From contig OZ360255.1 in the NCBI GenBank assembly GCA_977017645.1, positions 20,708,001 through 20,771,433 on the forward strand: a DNA stretch of 63,433 nucleotides, read 5' to 3'. This document shows, piece by piece, positions 11,784-23,839 of the stretch. Each line of letters starts with the position of its first letter. Position 1 is the stretch's first letter. Below the pieces are notes generated by a model. The model was not told the DNA's origin, did no database searches, and was given only the letters and a program-made list of their open reading frames with translations. Made by a program: the position numbers and the translations under genes. Origin of the DNA: Torpedo marmorata (taxonomy: Eukaryota).

Positions 11784-12157
11784 CAGTGGTTTACAAACTT
11801 TTTCTTTCCACTCACATACCACCTTAAGTAATCCCTATGCCATAGGTGCTCTGTGAATAGTAAGGGATTACTTAAGGTGGTATGTGAGTGGAAAGAAAAA
11901 GTTTGAAAACCACTGTTTTAATCGTACCTAATTGACTCGTTATGTGCACGGTTTCACAACTCCAAAGGAAATGGGCCAATGACAATTTTTCTCAAGCAAA
12001 ATATTTCAGTAACAATTGGGTCTAGAGCAATGGTTCTCAACCTTTTTTCCCACTCACATACCACCTTAAGTAATCCCTTACTAATCACAGAGCACCTATG
12101 GCATAGGGATTACTTAAGGTGGTATGTGAGTGGAAAGAAAAAGTTTGAAAACCACTG
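11784..12157. mobile_element. Composite hAT MITE: two inverted palindromic units around a 112-bp spacer
   Basis: Units 11784-11915 and 12028-12157; perfect 8-bp TSD GTCTAAGT outside the pair. Confidence 0.9.
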
Positions 12158-12229
12158 GTCTAAGTAAATCGACGATCCAAAAATAATTTCTCCATTTTAG
12201 CTTTGAATATAGCCTTGAATCTTAGCTTC

Positions 12230-12538
12230 GGGGCGGCACGGTTAGTGTAGGGGGTGGCACGGTTAGCATAAGGGCGGCACGGTTAGTGCAGTGGTTAGCG
12301 CAATGCTGTTACAACGCCACCGATCGGGACTGGGGTTCGAATCTCACGCTGTCTGTAAGGAGTTTGTATATTCTCCCTGTGTCTGCGTGGGTTTTCCCCG
12401 GGTGCTCCGGTTTCCTCCCACCATTCAAAACGTACCGGGGGTTGTAGGTCAACTGAGTGTAATTGGGTGGCAAGGTCTCGTGGGCTGAAATGGCCTGTTA
12501 CTGTGCTGTATGCCAAAATTAAAAAATGTAAAAAATTA
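12230..12538 (+). mobile_element. V-SINE with triplicated 5' head
   Basis: Three tandem GGG(C/T)GGCACGGTTAG starts, B box GGTTCGAATC, V-domain. Confidence 0.85.
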
Positions 12539-12879
12539 TACGCTCTGCGAAGAGGTGAGGGGGAATCATATCCCCACCTGCAATTCGGATGGTACTGCCC
12601 CTCCCAGGAAGATCCCACTTTTGGTCCCTGGGATGGTCTGGTTGGAACTGACACAGGATAGAGGGTACAGTTGGGCTTGTCGATCTTAGTGTGAGGGGAG
12701 GGGCTATTAATCTTGGTTATTCCCACTGCAGCAAAGTGTGTAGGCGACAGAAGGGGGTGAGCTTGACTGAATTGCTGTAATTTTATAGCAATATGTGCAC
12801 TGTGATGCTGCCGCAAAACAACGAATTTCGTGACATGTTCATGAAAATAAATTCTGATTCTGATTCTACTAATTACTCG

Positions 12880-13085
12880 AGTAAAACAGGAAAGTCTGCA
12901 GACACCGTGATTGAAGTAAAAACACAACGCTGGAGAAACTCAGCAGGTCAAAAGTGTACATTACATAGCAAAGATAAAGATACATAACCAACGTTTCGGG
13001 CTTGAGACCTTCATCAATGTATGAGCAAAATGTAGGCAGGCGCCCGAACAAAATGGTGGGGGTGGGGCGGGGTGGGGGTTGGGGA
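12880..13085 (-). mobile_element. PLE tail fragment with hammerhead motif (12983-13023)
   Basis: Reverse complement of the common PLE tail. Confidence 0.8.
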
Positions 13086-13742
13086 GGGCCATGTGGTCTA
13101 CTGACCACTCAATGGGAAGATGTGGCAACATGTCAGTCCTTTTCCAACCCACACCCTGCTCCCTTGTCAATCAGCCATGACCAGGGCAGGCTCAGTGAAT
13201 TTCCCCTCAGAGTAAAATTACTGAGACTCGAGCTGTACGTGGCTTCCCCAGATGCCCCGACTGACAGGCGTGATGTAGAGTCAATGGCCAGAGGCTGTAA
13301 GGAATGTGTAGCCAATGTCAGCTGACAAATATCTCTGACATTACTTTGCAGAGTCAGACTGCAATAAATTATTTCTTAAATTGTTTTTTTTTTCCAGAGG
13401 AATTACAATATTATGTATCTGAACAAGAATTAATGTGAAAACACACAATGCTGGAGAAACTCAGCAGGTCAAGCAGTGTCCTTTATATAGCAAAGGTAAA
13501 AATACATAACCGACGTTTCGGGCTTGAGACCTTCATCAAGGTATGGAAAAATGTCGGCAGGCGTCCGAGCAAAAGAGTGAGGGGGGGGGGAGGTGTGGTC
13601 GCAAAGGCAGGAGGTGATAGGTGGAGAAGGGAGGGAGGGGACAGCAGCGATCAAGGGGAGGAGGGATGGCTGGGTGAAGGGAGGGAGGAGAACTGGAAAG
13701 GGGAAGGGAAGGAGGGAGGGGGAAGAGGAGAGCAGGTTAGCT

Positions 13743-16274
13743 AAGGAGGCGATCTGGGAACTGTGTGGGGCTTTTGGTGAATTGCAGACCGAACCCTGAT
13801 GCACTGTTGATTATCGCTGGGGATTTCAACCAGGTGAACCTCAAGTCAGGGCTACCTAAATTCCATGAGTATGTGGACTTTGCTACGAGAGGGGCGATCG
13901 CGTTGGACCTTGTGTTTACAAACATTTCCGGCGTGTATCGGGCGGAGCCCCGCCCCCACCTCGGATACTCAGACCACATCTCTGTAATGCTAACCCCAGC
14001 ATACAGACCGCTCGTCAGATGCTCCAGACCAGTTCTGAAGCAGGTTAAAACCTAGCCAGCAGGTGCCATCCATGCACTTCAGGACTGCTTTGAGCGTACT
14101 GATTGGCACATGTTCAGGGAAGCAGCAACCGATGGCGACTGCATCAATCTGGAGGAGTATATGGCATCAGTGACTAGCTACATTAGTAAGTGTACTGACG
14201 AAGTCACTGTGCCGAAGACCATCATTACTTGCTCTAATCAGAAGCCATGGATGACTGCGGGGGTGCGTGTGCTGCTGAGGAGTCGAGTCTCTGCCTTCAG
14301 AGCGGGCGACAAGGTAACCCTAGCTATTGCAAGAGCCAAGCTGTCTAAGGCCATCAGGGAGGCAAAGCGTGCACATGCCCAGCGAATTCAGAGTCACTTT
14401 CAGGACAGCAAGTACACGCGAGGCATGTGGAAGGGCATTCAAGATATCACCAACCACAAGACCACACCATCTGCCTGTGCTGGTGATGCCTCCCTCCCAG
14501 ATGCACTGAACAACTTCTACGCGCGATTTGAGGCGAAAAATGATGTGGCAGCGAAGAAGACCACCTCTCCTCTAAACCACCAATTCCCCTTCCCCCCACT
14601 CTTTTGTTCGGACGCCTGCCTGCATTTCCTCATACTTTGATGAAGGGCTCAAGCCTGAAATGTTGGTTATGTATCTTTACCTTTGCTACATAAAGGACAC
14701 TGTTTGACCTGCTGAGCTTCTCCAGCATTTTGTGTTTTTACCTCTCCTCCAAATGATCAGGTGCTGTGTCTTACAGTGGCCGATGTGAGGAGAGTGTTAG
14801 GCAAGGTCAACCCACGGAAAGCTGCTGGTCCGGATAACATTCCCGGCAGAGTGCTCAGGGGATGTGCGGCTCAGCTGGTAGATGTTCTCACCGACATCTT
14901 TAACATCTCCCTGAGCAGCGCCGTGGTTCCAACATGCTTCAAAGCCGCCACCATCGTTCCTGTGCCAAAGAAGTCGTCAGTGTCCTGCCTCAATGACTAC
15001 CGCCCTGTCGCACTCACGTCTATCATCATGAAGTGCTTCGAGAGTCTCGTCATGGGGCACATTAAGCTCTTGCTGCCCCCCTCACTGGATCCCTGCAGTT
15101 CGCATATAGATCCAAATGCTCTACGGACGATGCCATCGCCACCACCCTTCATCTAGCCCTCACCCACTTGGAAAATAAGTTTGAATGCTGTTTATTGACT
15201 TCAGTTCGGCATTCAACATGATCATACCTCAGTACCTGATAGGGAAGTTGAGCTGGCTGGGCCTAAACACCTCCCTCTGTAATTTGATTCTAGACTGCCT
15301 GATGGGGAAACCTCAGGCAGTCCGGATCGGAAACAGCACTTCCAAGACCATTACACTGAGCACGGGGACCCCCCAGGTCTGTGTGTTTAGTCCATTGCTG
15401 TTCACTCTGCTGACTCATGACTGTGCAGCAAAACACAGCTTGAACCACATCATCAAGTCCGCTGATGATACGACCGTGGTGGGCCTTATCAGCAAGAACG
15501 ATGAGGTAACGGACTGGTGCAGAGCCAACAACCTGCATCTGAATGTTAATAAAACAAAAGAGATGGTTGTCGACTTCAGGAGGGCCCGGGGGGATCACTC
15601 TCCACTGACCATGGACGGCTCTACTGTTGAGGTCGTCAAGAGTACCAAGTTTCTTGGAGTGCACTTGGCGGAGAATCTCACCTGGTCCCTCAACACCAGC
15701 TCCATAGCCAAGAAAGCCCAGCAGCGCCTCTACTTCCTGCGAAGGCTGAGGAAAGTTCATCTCCCACCCTCCATCCTTACTACATTCTACAGGGGATGTA
15801 TTGAGAGCATTCTGAGCTATTGCATCACCGCCTGGTTTGGAAACTGTACCATCTCAGACCATAAGACCCTGCAGAGGATAGTGGGGTCAGCGGAGAAGAT
15901 AGTTGGGGTCCCTCTTCCTACCATGACGGACATCTATAACACACGATGCATGCGGAGGCAAATAATATTGTGAAGGACTTCTCACACCCCTCTTGTAAAC
16001 TTTTCTCCCTTCTGCCATCTGGAAGGAGGTACCGTAGCATTCGGGCCCACACGTCCAGATTGTGCAACAGTTTTTTCCCCAAGGCATCAGGCTCCTCAAT
16101 TGTTAGAACATATGTGTACTAGTATATCATGGATTTTTATTGTATTATGACTTAATATTTAACTCCTATTTGTGTAAATCTGTTCCATTGTCCTGGAGAA
16201 ACACTATCTCATCTTTACTGTGCACTGCATTAGTAATTATGGTATGAACGACAAATAAAGGTGACTTGACTTGA
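13743..16274 (+). mobile_element. Long Rex1/Babar-like LINE fragment (APE endonuclease end + RT), frameshifted
   Basis: IIAGDFN, LDLVFTN, SDH (APE); [26 protein letters not shown], (F/S)ADD (RT); (TGACT)n tail. Confidence 0.92.
14577..14739 (+). mobile_element. PLE tail inserted in the Rex1 LINE
   Basis: 14-bp TSD ACCTCTCCTC(T/C)AAA at 14563-14576 and 14740-14753. Confidence 0.85.
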
Positions 16275-17786
16275 TCTGGCTGGAGAGTGCCCAGACGGAA
16301 AATCAGGTGCTGTCCTCCAATTTGCAGGTGGTCTTGGTGGGATAGTACATAAGGCCATGGACAGACATGTGAGTATGGGAGTGTGACACAGAACTGAAAT
16401 GGTTGGCACTGGGAGGCCTCTGTTACTGTAGCGGACGGAGCGAAGGTGCTCAGCGAAGCGATCTCCCAATCTGCGCCCAGTCTCTCCGATGTAGAGAAGG
16501 CCACAAAGGGAGCACCTGATGCAGTAAATCAGACCTGCGGATACACGTGAAGTGCTGCTTCACTTGAAAGGCCTGTTTGGGGCCCCAGACCGAGGTGAGT
16601 GGGTGCAAGTGTTGCACCTCCTGTGGCCACAGGGGAAGGTGCCGGGGGTGCGATGGGTGGGGAGGGATGAGTGCACAAGGGAGTCACAGAGGGAACGGTC
16701 CCTATGGAAGGCAGAAAGGGGAGGAGAGGGGAAGATGTGTCTAGTAGTGGGATCCTGTTGTAAGTGTCGGAAATTCCGGAGGATAATGTGTTGGATGCGG
16801 AGGCTGGTGGGGTGGTAGGTGAGGATGAGGGGGACTCTATGTTTGTTGCGTCTGGGGGCACGGGGGGCCAGGGCAGATGAGCAGGAAATGTGGGTGAGGG
16901 CTGAGTTGATGGTGGTGGAGGGGAAGCCACGTTTGTGGAAGAAGGCAGACATTTCGGAAGATCTGGACTGGAAGACCTCATCTTGGGAACAGATGCGGCG
17001 GAGACGGAGAAATTGAGAGAAGAGGATGGAATCCTTGCAGGGGACAGGGTGTGAGGAAGCGTAGTCCAGGTAGTTGTGGGAGTTAGTGGGCTCGAAATAT
17101 AAGCTTGTCTCCCGAGATGGAGACAGAGAGATCCAGGAAGGGGAGAGTGTTGTCGGAGATGGACCAGGTGAGATCGGGGTGGAAGTTGGCCGCGAAGTGG
17201 AGGGTGGAAGTTGGCCGCGAAGTGGATGAAGTTGACAAGCTCATCGCGGGTGCATGAGGCAGCCCCGATGTGCGTTGACTTACCCCATATTGCATTTCTT
17301 ATAAGGCATCCTTCATGACCACAGTGCGTTCCTGAGCACTATAGATCCAATTAACGACTTGCAATGTGAAGCTGACAAAGTAATTCTGGAAACAGAGCAG
17401 CCAATCTGCACACAGCTCGCTCCCACAAAGAGCAATATGATAATAATCAGATGATTTGGAATCTCAGTTATGTTGAGTGAGGAATTCATGTTAACCAGCA
17501 GAGATAACCTTTCTGCTCTTAGAACCATGGAATGTTTTGCGTCCTGAAAACAGCCAACCATTTTAATTCCCCGCAACATTCCACAGGGGCATGTTTATCA
17601 TTCAGTGTCAGGGTGAAGCCAAATATAAACTTGAGGAATAACATATCATATTCTTCCTGAACAGCCTAAAACCCAATTAAATGAACATTGATTTTTCCAA
17701 TTTTAGGTAAAACCCCCAATCTCTGTCTGATTCCACTGCTTTTATCTCTTCTTTACCCACTCCTGTTCTTACTTTTCCTTATAACC

Positions 17787-17919
17787 NNNNNNNNNNNNNN
17801 NNNNNNNNNNNNNNNNNNNNNNNNNNNNNNNNNNNNNNNNNNNNNNNNNNNNNNNNNNNNNNNNNNNNNNNNNNNNNNNNNNNNNNNNNNNNNNNNNNNN
17901 NNNNNNNNNNNNNNNNNNN
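17787..17919. other. Assembly gap (133 N)
   Basis: Run of N. Confidence 1.
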
Positions 17920-17996
17920 ATTATTTAAACAATAATCTGATCTTCCAATTTCCTTCCAAAGTGGATAATCTCACATTTACCAACATTGTACTGCAT

Positions 17997-18843
17997 CTGG
18001 GCAAGGGTCTGGCAGATGGAGTACCATGTTGGTAAATGTGAGGTTATCCAATTTGGAATAAAAAATGAAAGATCAGATTATTATTTAAATGGCAAGCGAT
18101 TGCAGCATGCTGCCACGCAGAAGGACTTGGGAGTGTTTGTGCATGAATCGCAAAAGGTTGGTTTGCAGGTGCAGTAGGTTAACAAGAAGGCAAATGGAAT
18201 GTTGGTCTTATTGCTAGAGGGATTGAATTTAGGAGCAAGGAGGTTATGCTGCAACTGTACAAGGTACAGGTGAGGCTGCAACTGGAGTACTGCCTGCAGT
18301 TCTGGTCTCCTTACTTGAGGAAGGATGTAGTGCCTTTGGAGGTGGCGCAGAGGAGGTTCACCAGGTTGATTCCAGAGATGAGGGAGTTAGCCTATGAAGA
18401 GAGATTGAGTCGTCTGGGACTGTACTCATTTGAATTTAGAAGAATGAGAGAGGCTCTTACAGAAAGGTATAAAATTATGAAAGGCATAGATAAGATAGAG
18501 GTAGGTAAGTTGTTCCCATTGGTGGGGGAGACTAGAACTAGGGGACATAGCCTCAAGATCCAAGATAGTAGATTTAGGATGGAGATGAGGAGGAACTGCT
18601 TTTCCCAGAGGGTGGTGAATCTGTGGAATTCGCTGCCCATTGAAGCAGTGGAGGCTGCCTCAGTAAATATATTTAAAACAAGGTTGGACAGATTTTTACA
18701 TAGTAGGGGAATTAAGGGATATGGGGAAAAGGCAGGTAGGTGGAGATGAGCCTATCATCAGATCAGCCATGATCTCACTGAATGGCAGAGCAGGCTCGAT
18801 GGGCCGGATGGCCTACTCCTGCTCCTATATCTTATGTTCTTAC
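17997..18843 (+). mobile_element. CR1/HER1-like LINE 3' fragment
   Basis: LEYCLQFWSPYLRKD...QRRFTRLIP...TRGHSLKI...FSQRVVNLWNSLP; CR1 tail. Confidence 0.9.
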
Positions 18844-19728
18844 AGTATGTTTTTTCTCTCTCTCTGTCTCTCCATCTCTCCAACCTTATGTCCAATACCT
18901 TATCACCGCTTAGCCCCTCTGCAGCATCCCCACACCCTTTTAGTCCAACTTAATATCACTCCTTCCTACTTTAGTCTCAATAAAGGGTCCTGAATTGAGA
19001 CATTGATTTGTCCATTTTTCCCCACGGACGTTGTGTGACCTGCTGAGTCCCTTCAGTCTCTCAATGTTTTCTTCTGGCTTCATTGAATCACAGTCCCTAG
19101 CCCCAGCATTGCAACACTTTGCTGGCACTGCAGTCCGAGTAAGCTTCAGAGGTCAAGGTTAGCACTTTCTGTACAGAGGCAAGAATCATGAACATGAACT
19201 ATGACCTTTCATGTCCAAAACAACTACCAACCCCAGCACTGAGTACACCCAAGAATTTTTGAGGAAAAATGGGTACTCACAGGTACAACAGCTTCACCCA
19301 GCTTATTTGAAAGACTTAACTCATGACAGTTGAGAATGTTAGGCTTTTCCTTCTTAATGCAGAGAAGGAGGCCATTCAGCCTATCAAGGACAACACAGCT
19401 CCCAGTGAGAAGTAACTTTCACTGAGAGTTCTTTAACACCAGAAAAGTCGCATCAGTTCCATATCCCCCACCTATTTCTCTCAGGCATGTTCCTTATGAA
19501 TTTCCCACCTTCTCCCATGGCCACCGACACAAAGGATGATTTATAGCAGCAAATGAACCTCCCAGCACATCTTTGGAATTTGACTTGTTCATTGGGTATT
19601 GAGAGAACCGTTGAGGAACAATCACGGTGAACCACCTCTCTGTTTCTGAACACTGACACCGTCCTGATGAATGGAAAATGTTCACTCTTGTCCTCTGTGG
19701 ACTTTTTTTTGATGGAAAATGAGAAAGA

Positions 19729-19910
19729 ATATATTTAAGACAAGGTTAGATAGATTTTGACATCATAGGGGAATTAAGGGATATGGGGAAAAGGCAGGTA
19801 GGTGGAGATGAGCCTATCATCAGATCAGCCATGATCTCATTGAATGGCGAAGCAGGCTCGACGGGCCGGATGGCCGACTCCTGCTCCTATTTCTTATGTT
19901 CTTATGTTCT
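19729..19910 (+). mobile_element. CR1 3' tail
   Basis: Near-identical to 18668-18843. Confidence 0.85.
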
Positions 19911-20569
19911 AAGAAGAAAAACAATCAGACACAGCACATCAGTCAGTTACCATGGAGTGGGAAGCAGCGGTAAACCTGGCAACAGAATTGGAATTAACAT
20001 TTCAGGTTTATGCACTTCCATACAGGCCCCTTGCAAAAAGACCACCTCTACCTGTAAAGTTCATTGTTTCAGCTGCCTGATTTGTCGAACCTTTCCAGTA
20101 ATTTTATTTCAGATTTCTGGCATCTGCGGTATTTTGCTTTGGCTGAAATACTACCTTAAATCTGCTTCAACGATACAGTATAATTCATTCGAGGATTTGA
20201 CATCATGGAAAGAGATTTTCCTGCACAGCTAGTCTCAAGATAAACATTTTACTTATGCAGTGCACATTTGGCACATATTAAATATCTTATTTACCAAAAT
20301 TTAATCTTGATTACACGCCATTCATCATATAATGTATAATTACAACACTGCTCCTCAATAGTAATTGAAGCAAACCTGCCTGTAATTCACCAATTTTCAG
20401 CTCATAGCCATGTAAGTCATGTGACGACAGTGTTAGCATTGTAGGGATTAAGTATCATTATTCAAATGTCAAGTGGTGACTACTAGATCTTCATTTAAAC
20501 TTTTCCTGCAAAGTGTAATGTTCTATTATCATAATTTTTGCAGCTTTGAACTGCATCTCTGACAAATTT

Positions 20570-21404
20570 AGGGGTAACCATGGTTTATGAGCAGCGCTGC
20601 TTCTGGTGCGGATCCGCGGAGATCGGGGAGGGAACTCACTGTGCTCCCCTGCGGGGTCCAACCGCCCAGTCCGACTGCCGTTGGCTCTGTACAGGGTTTA
20701 CACGGCCTGTTTAAGGAGCCAACGGTGGTTTATTTTAAAATTCTGCGACCGCGGGGTCTGGGACCAAGATGGCGGCGCATATGATCGGCAGCGGCCTCGA
20801 GGGGGGTTGCAGACTCCAGGGAAGCAGAGGACTGGCACGGGGCACCAGAAAATGGGGAGACCACTCCCCGTTTGAGAAGGAGAAGCAGAGGAGATTACCC
20901 ACGGGACAGTGACCACGGCGGCGGACTAGCGAGGGGCTCTGCGGCTGAAGAACACACAGGCGACGGGCTGTTGGCGACTCGAGTCGACGAACCCACGCAG
21001 GCTGCGGGCTGCTGGCAACTGCGGTCAAAGGACTCACACCCGTCGGCGGACTGCTGGAGACTGCCTGGAGACTGGCTGAAGGGGTACCACGTATCTGAAC
21101 CGGGATGCAAGAGGGTGCTGGAGGCTTCTGATCGTGTCAGCGGTGTGCATCTGGAACTCGAGTTGCTGATGGTTTGGACTGAATACTGTGTGGCTGCAGA
21201 GGCTGTGGGAGCGCTGGAGGCGAATTCATGACACTCAGTGACCCTGGGGGGACTCTCTTTTGCTTCTCTTTCTCTGGCTGTAAGGGGCGCTGGACAATTT
21301 TTGCTGATAGCGAATCTTCGTCTGCCTTACAATAGACTAAAGGAAATTTCGTGCAATATCACATTTTCTGTTTTATTACATGACAATAAAATAATCTTGA
21401 ATCT
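20570..21404 (+). mobile_element. CpG-rich non-coding non-autonomous retroposon
   Basis: YY1-like CAAGATGGCGGC at 20765-20776, no credible ORF, tail CATGACAATAAA..TCTTGAATCT; second copy at 21731-22170. Confidence 0.65.
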
Positions 21405-21519
21405 AGTCCCTCTCTCTAGCCTTGAACTGACATACCTGGTGAAGTCAGAGCGGAGGTCTACCATAGAAATCATACGACTGGTTGCATCAGGACCTTGTTT
21501 GGAAACTCGAGTGCCCAGG

Positions 21520-21730
21520 AACCCAGAAGGTGGCAGACATGGCCAAGTCCATCACGGGCACAGACCTCCTGCTCATTGAAGACATCCACGTGAGGCGCTG
21601 CCTCAAGAAGGCAGCCAACATCATCAAGGACCCCATCACCCCGGTCACAACCTCTTCACACTGATACCTATGGGCAAAAGGTACAGATACCTGAAAATCA
21701 TTACCTCCAGGTTTAAGAGCAGTTTTTATC
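21520..21730 (+). mobile_element. Rex1-like LINE 3' fragment
   Basis: AKSITGTDL..IEDIH.RRCLKKAANIIKDP. Confidence 0.7.
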
Positions 21731-22170
21731 AAGATTCAAGATTTAAGATAGTTTTATTGTCATGTAATAAAACAGAGAATGTGATGTTACACGAAATTTC
21801 CTTTAGTCTGCTGTGAGGCATCAGCAAAAATTGCCCAGCGCCCCTTACAGTCAGAGAAAGAGAAGCAAAAGAGAGTCCCCCCAGGGTCACTGAGTGTCCA
21901 TGGATTCGTCTCTAGTGCTCCCGCAGCCTCCGCAGACACACAGACTTCAGTCCGAACCATCAGGAACCCGAGCTCCAGATGCACATCTCTGACGCGATCA
22001 GGAAGCCTGCAGCACCCTCTCGCATCCCGGTTCCGATACCTGGTACCCCTTCAGCCAGTCTCGAGCCAGACACCAGCGGTCCGCAGCCTGTGTGGATTCC
22101 TTGTCTCGAGTCACAAACAGCCCGCAACCTGTGTGTTCTTCAGCCTCTCGCTGGTCAGCCGACGTGGTCA
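21731..22170 (-). mobile_element. Second, 5'-truncated copy of the CpG-rich retroposon
   Basis: Reverse complement of ~20920-21404 with small indels. Confidence 0.75.
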
Positions 22171-22286
22171 CCATCCACTAACCTTTCCAACAACTGTCAG
22201 GTTCGTACACCTCCCGTACAACCCTAACAATAACACTACTCTAGGACCACCAAAGATTGATCTGCACTACCGACAGAGCACATTAT

Positions 22287-22545
22287 CGTATTTGCCGGCA
22301 TATAAAATGGTCCTTGAACATTAAAAATGTCACCCCAAAACCAGGGGTCATCTTATATGCCAAATACAAAATCCGAACCTTAACAGCGAAGTCTCAGCGC
22401 TCCCCCACGCCAAGTATAAAATCCGAACCTTAACAGCGAAGTCTCAGCGCTTCCCTGTGGGGTCCATCCGCCCAGTCCAACTGCCGTTGGCTCTGTACAG
22501 GCTTTAAACGGCCTGTTAAAGGAGCCGACAATGGTTTATTTATCT
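22287..22545 (+). mobile_element. Pogo/Passer-like left end fused to a segment shared with the CpG-rich retroposon
   Basis: TCGTATTTGCCGGCATATAA...GGGGTCATCTTATATGCC resembles the Passer TIR/subterminal motif; ~50-bp tandem duplication; 22445-22542 matches 20642-20735. Confidence 0.5.
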
Positions 22546-22603
22546 CCAAAGTGAATTCCAAGGGAACACCCTGATTCATCAGCTCGGAGATTTCATAAAC
22601 ATT

Positions 22604-22935
22604 ACTCGCACCACCAGGTTTAGGAACAGCTGCTACCCCTCTACCATCAGAATCCTCAACGAAAAAGTCAAATCAGAGACTCATTTAAGGACTCTTACTC
22701 GTGCACTTTATTGATTTTTCTTTGCTCTCTCTGTATTGCACAGTCAGTTTCATTTTCATTTTCAGTTTCATTCGTTACCTGTTAGCAGTTCTTTTGATTG
22801 TTTGCATGTTTACGCTGTGTACAGTTTGCTTTTTGTAATTCTGCTGCGCCCGCAGGAAAAAGAATCTCAGGGTTGTATGTGACGTCATGTATGTACTCTG
22901 ACAATAAATCTGAATTTGAAATCTGAATCTGAATC
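22604..22935 (+). mobile_element. Rex1-like LINE tail
   Basis: Matches 8377-8772 without the Chapaev patch. Confidence 0.8.
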
Positions 22936-23317
22936 TGGAGGAGTTTAATTAATCTCGGGAAGTGATCAGATGGCAGCTTAATCATGGTGAAGATCAAGTG
23001 AAACAGAACAATTGATATGATCTGGCAAACCGTACAAACATAGGTGCATTTCTATAGTGCCTTTTATGACTTCAGGACAGTGCAGTTAATGAAGAACATT
23101 GAATGTTGGAGTACAGAAAATCTAACTGCTCATTGACACCATAAAGATCAGTGAGATCATAACTATATTACGGAGAAAATAATCTTTGGTCACAAGTACC
23201 ATTTAAGGAATACACCGATGGCTGCATTCAATGCTCCACCACCAGAAATCAGTGACTTAAAATGAAGTCGAATTGGAGTCCCATTTCTAAACTTCTGCGT
23301 CTTTTGGCCAAAGATGT

Positions 23318-23545
23318 TCGAACATAAGAAAAAGGAGCTTGAGTCGGCCACCTGGCCCGTCGAGCCTGCTCCGCCATTCAATATGATCGTGGCTGGTCTG
23401 GCCGTGGACTCAGCTCCACTTACCCGCCTGTTACCCATTACCCTCAATTTACCTACTTGGGAACAAACTAGCTAATTCTGTCTTAAATGTACTTAATGAG
23501 GCAGCCTCCACTGCTTCCTGGGGCAGCTAATTCGACAGATGTGTC
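23318..23545 (-). mobile_element. CR1 3' tail
   Basis: GAACATAAGA...GGCCCGTCGAGCCTGCTCCGCCATTCAAT. Confidence 0.75.
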
Positions 23546-23573
23546 TGAGTATGACAGTTTATTGTTCTATATA

Positions 23574-23777
23574 CAGTAAAACCCCTGTTATCCAGAATTC
23601 AAGCAACTAGCAAAAATATCCCAGAAAATAAATAGGTAAAAATTACGGAAGTTTAAAATTGGCGCGCCTCGTCATTAGGTCGCCAATCCATGCAACACAC
23701 AATCTCAAGCAACTGGAAAATTCAGTTATCTGGCATCTACCAATCCCCATAGGTGCCAGATACCAGGGGATTTACTG
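23574..23777. mobile_element. Tigger/Tc1-mariner-type MITE
   Basis: TIR CAGTAAAACCCC...GGGGATTTACTG, TA TSD; relatives at 42839-43062 and 49618-50336. Confidence 0.85.
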
Positions 23778-23839
23778 TATAAGTACGAAGTACAATGCAC
23801 CAAAATTCTTACTTGCTGCAGCCATACAGGTACATAAGA

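Larger units (their letters stand above)
13437..17270 (-). mobile_element. PLE copy (tail 13437-13742; RT thumb/GIY-YIG 16275-17270) split by a Rex1 LINE
   Basis: The two parts are collinear with the 54438-56133 copy; TLPFLDLSV and GFPSTTINSAL motifs. Confidence 0.85.
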
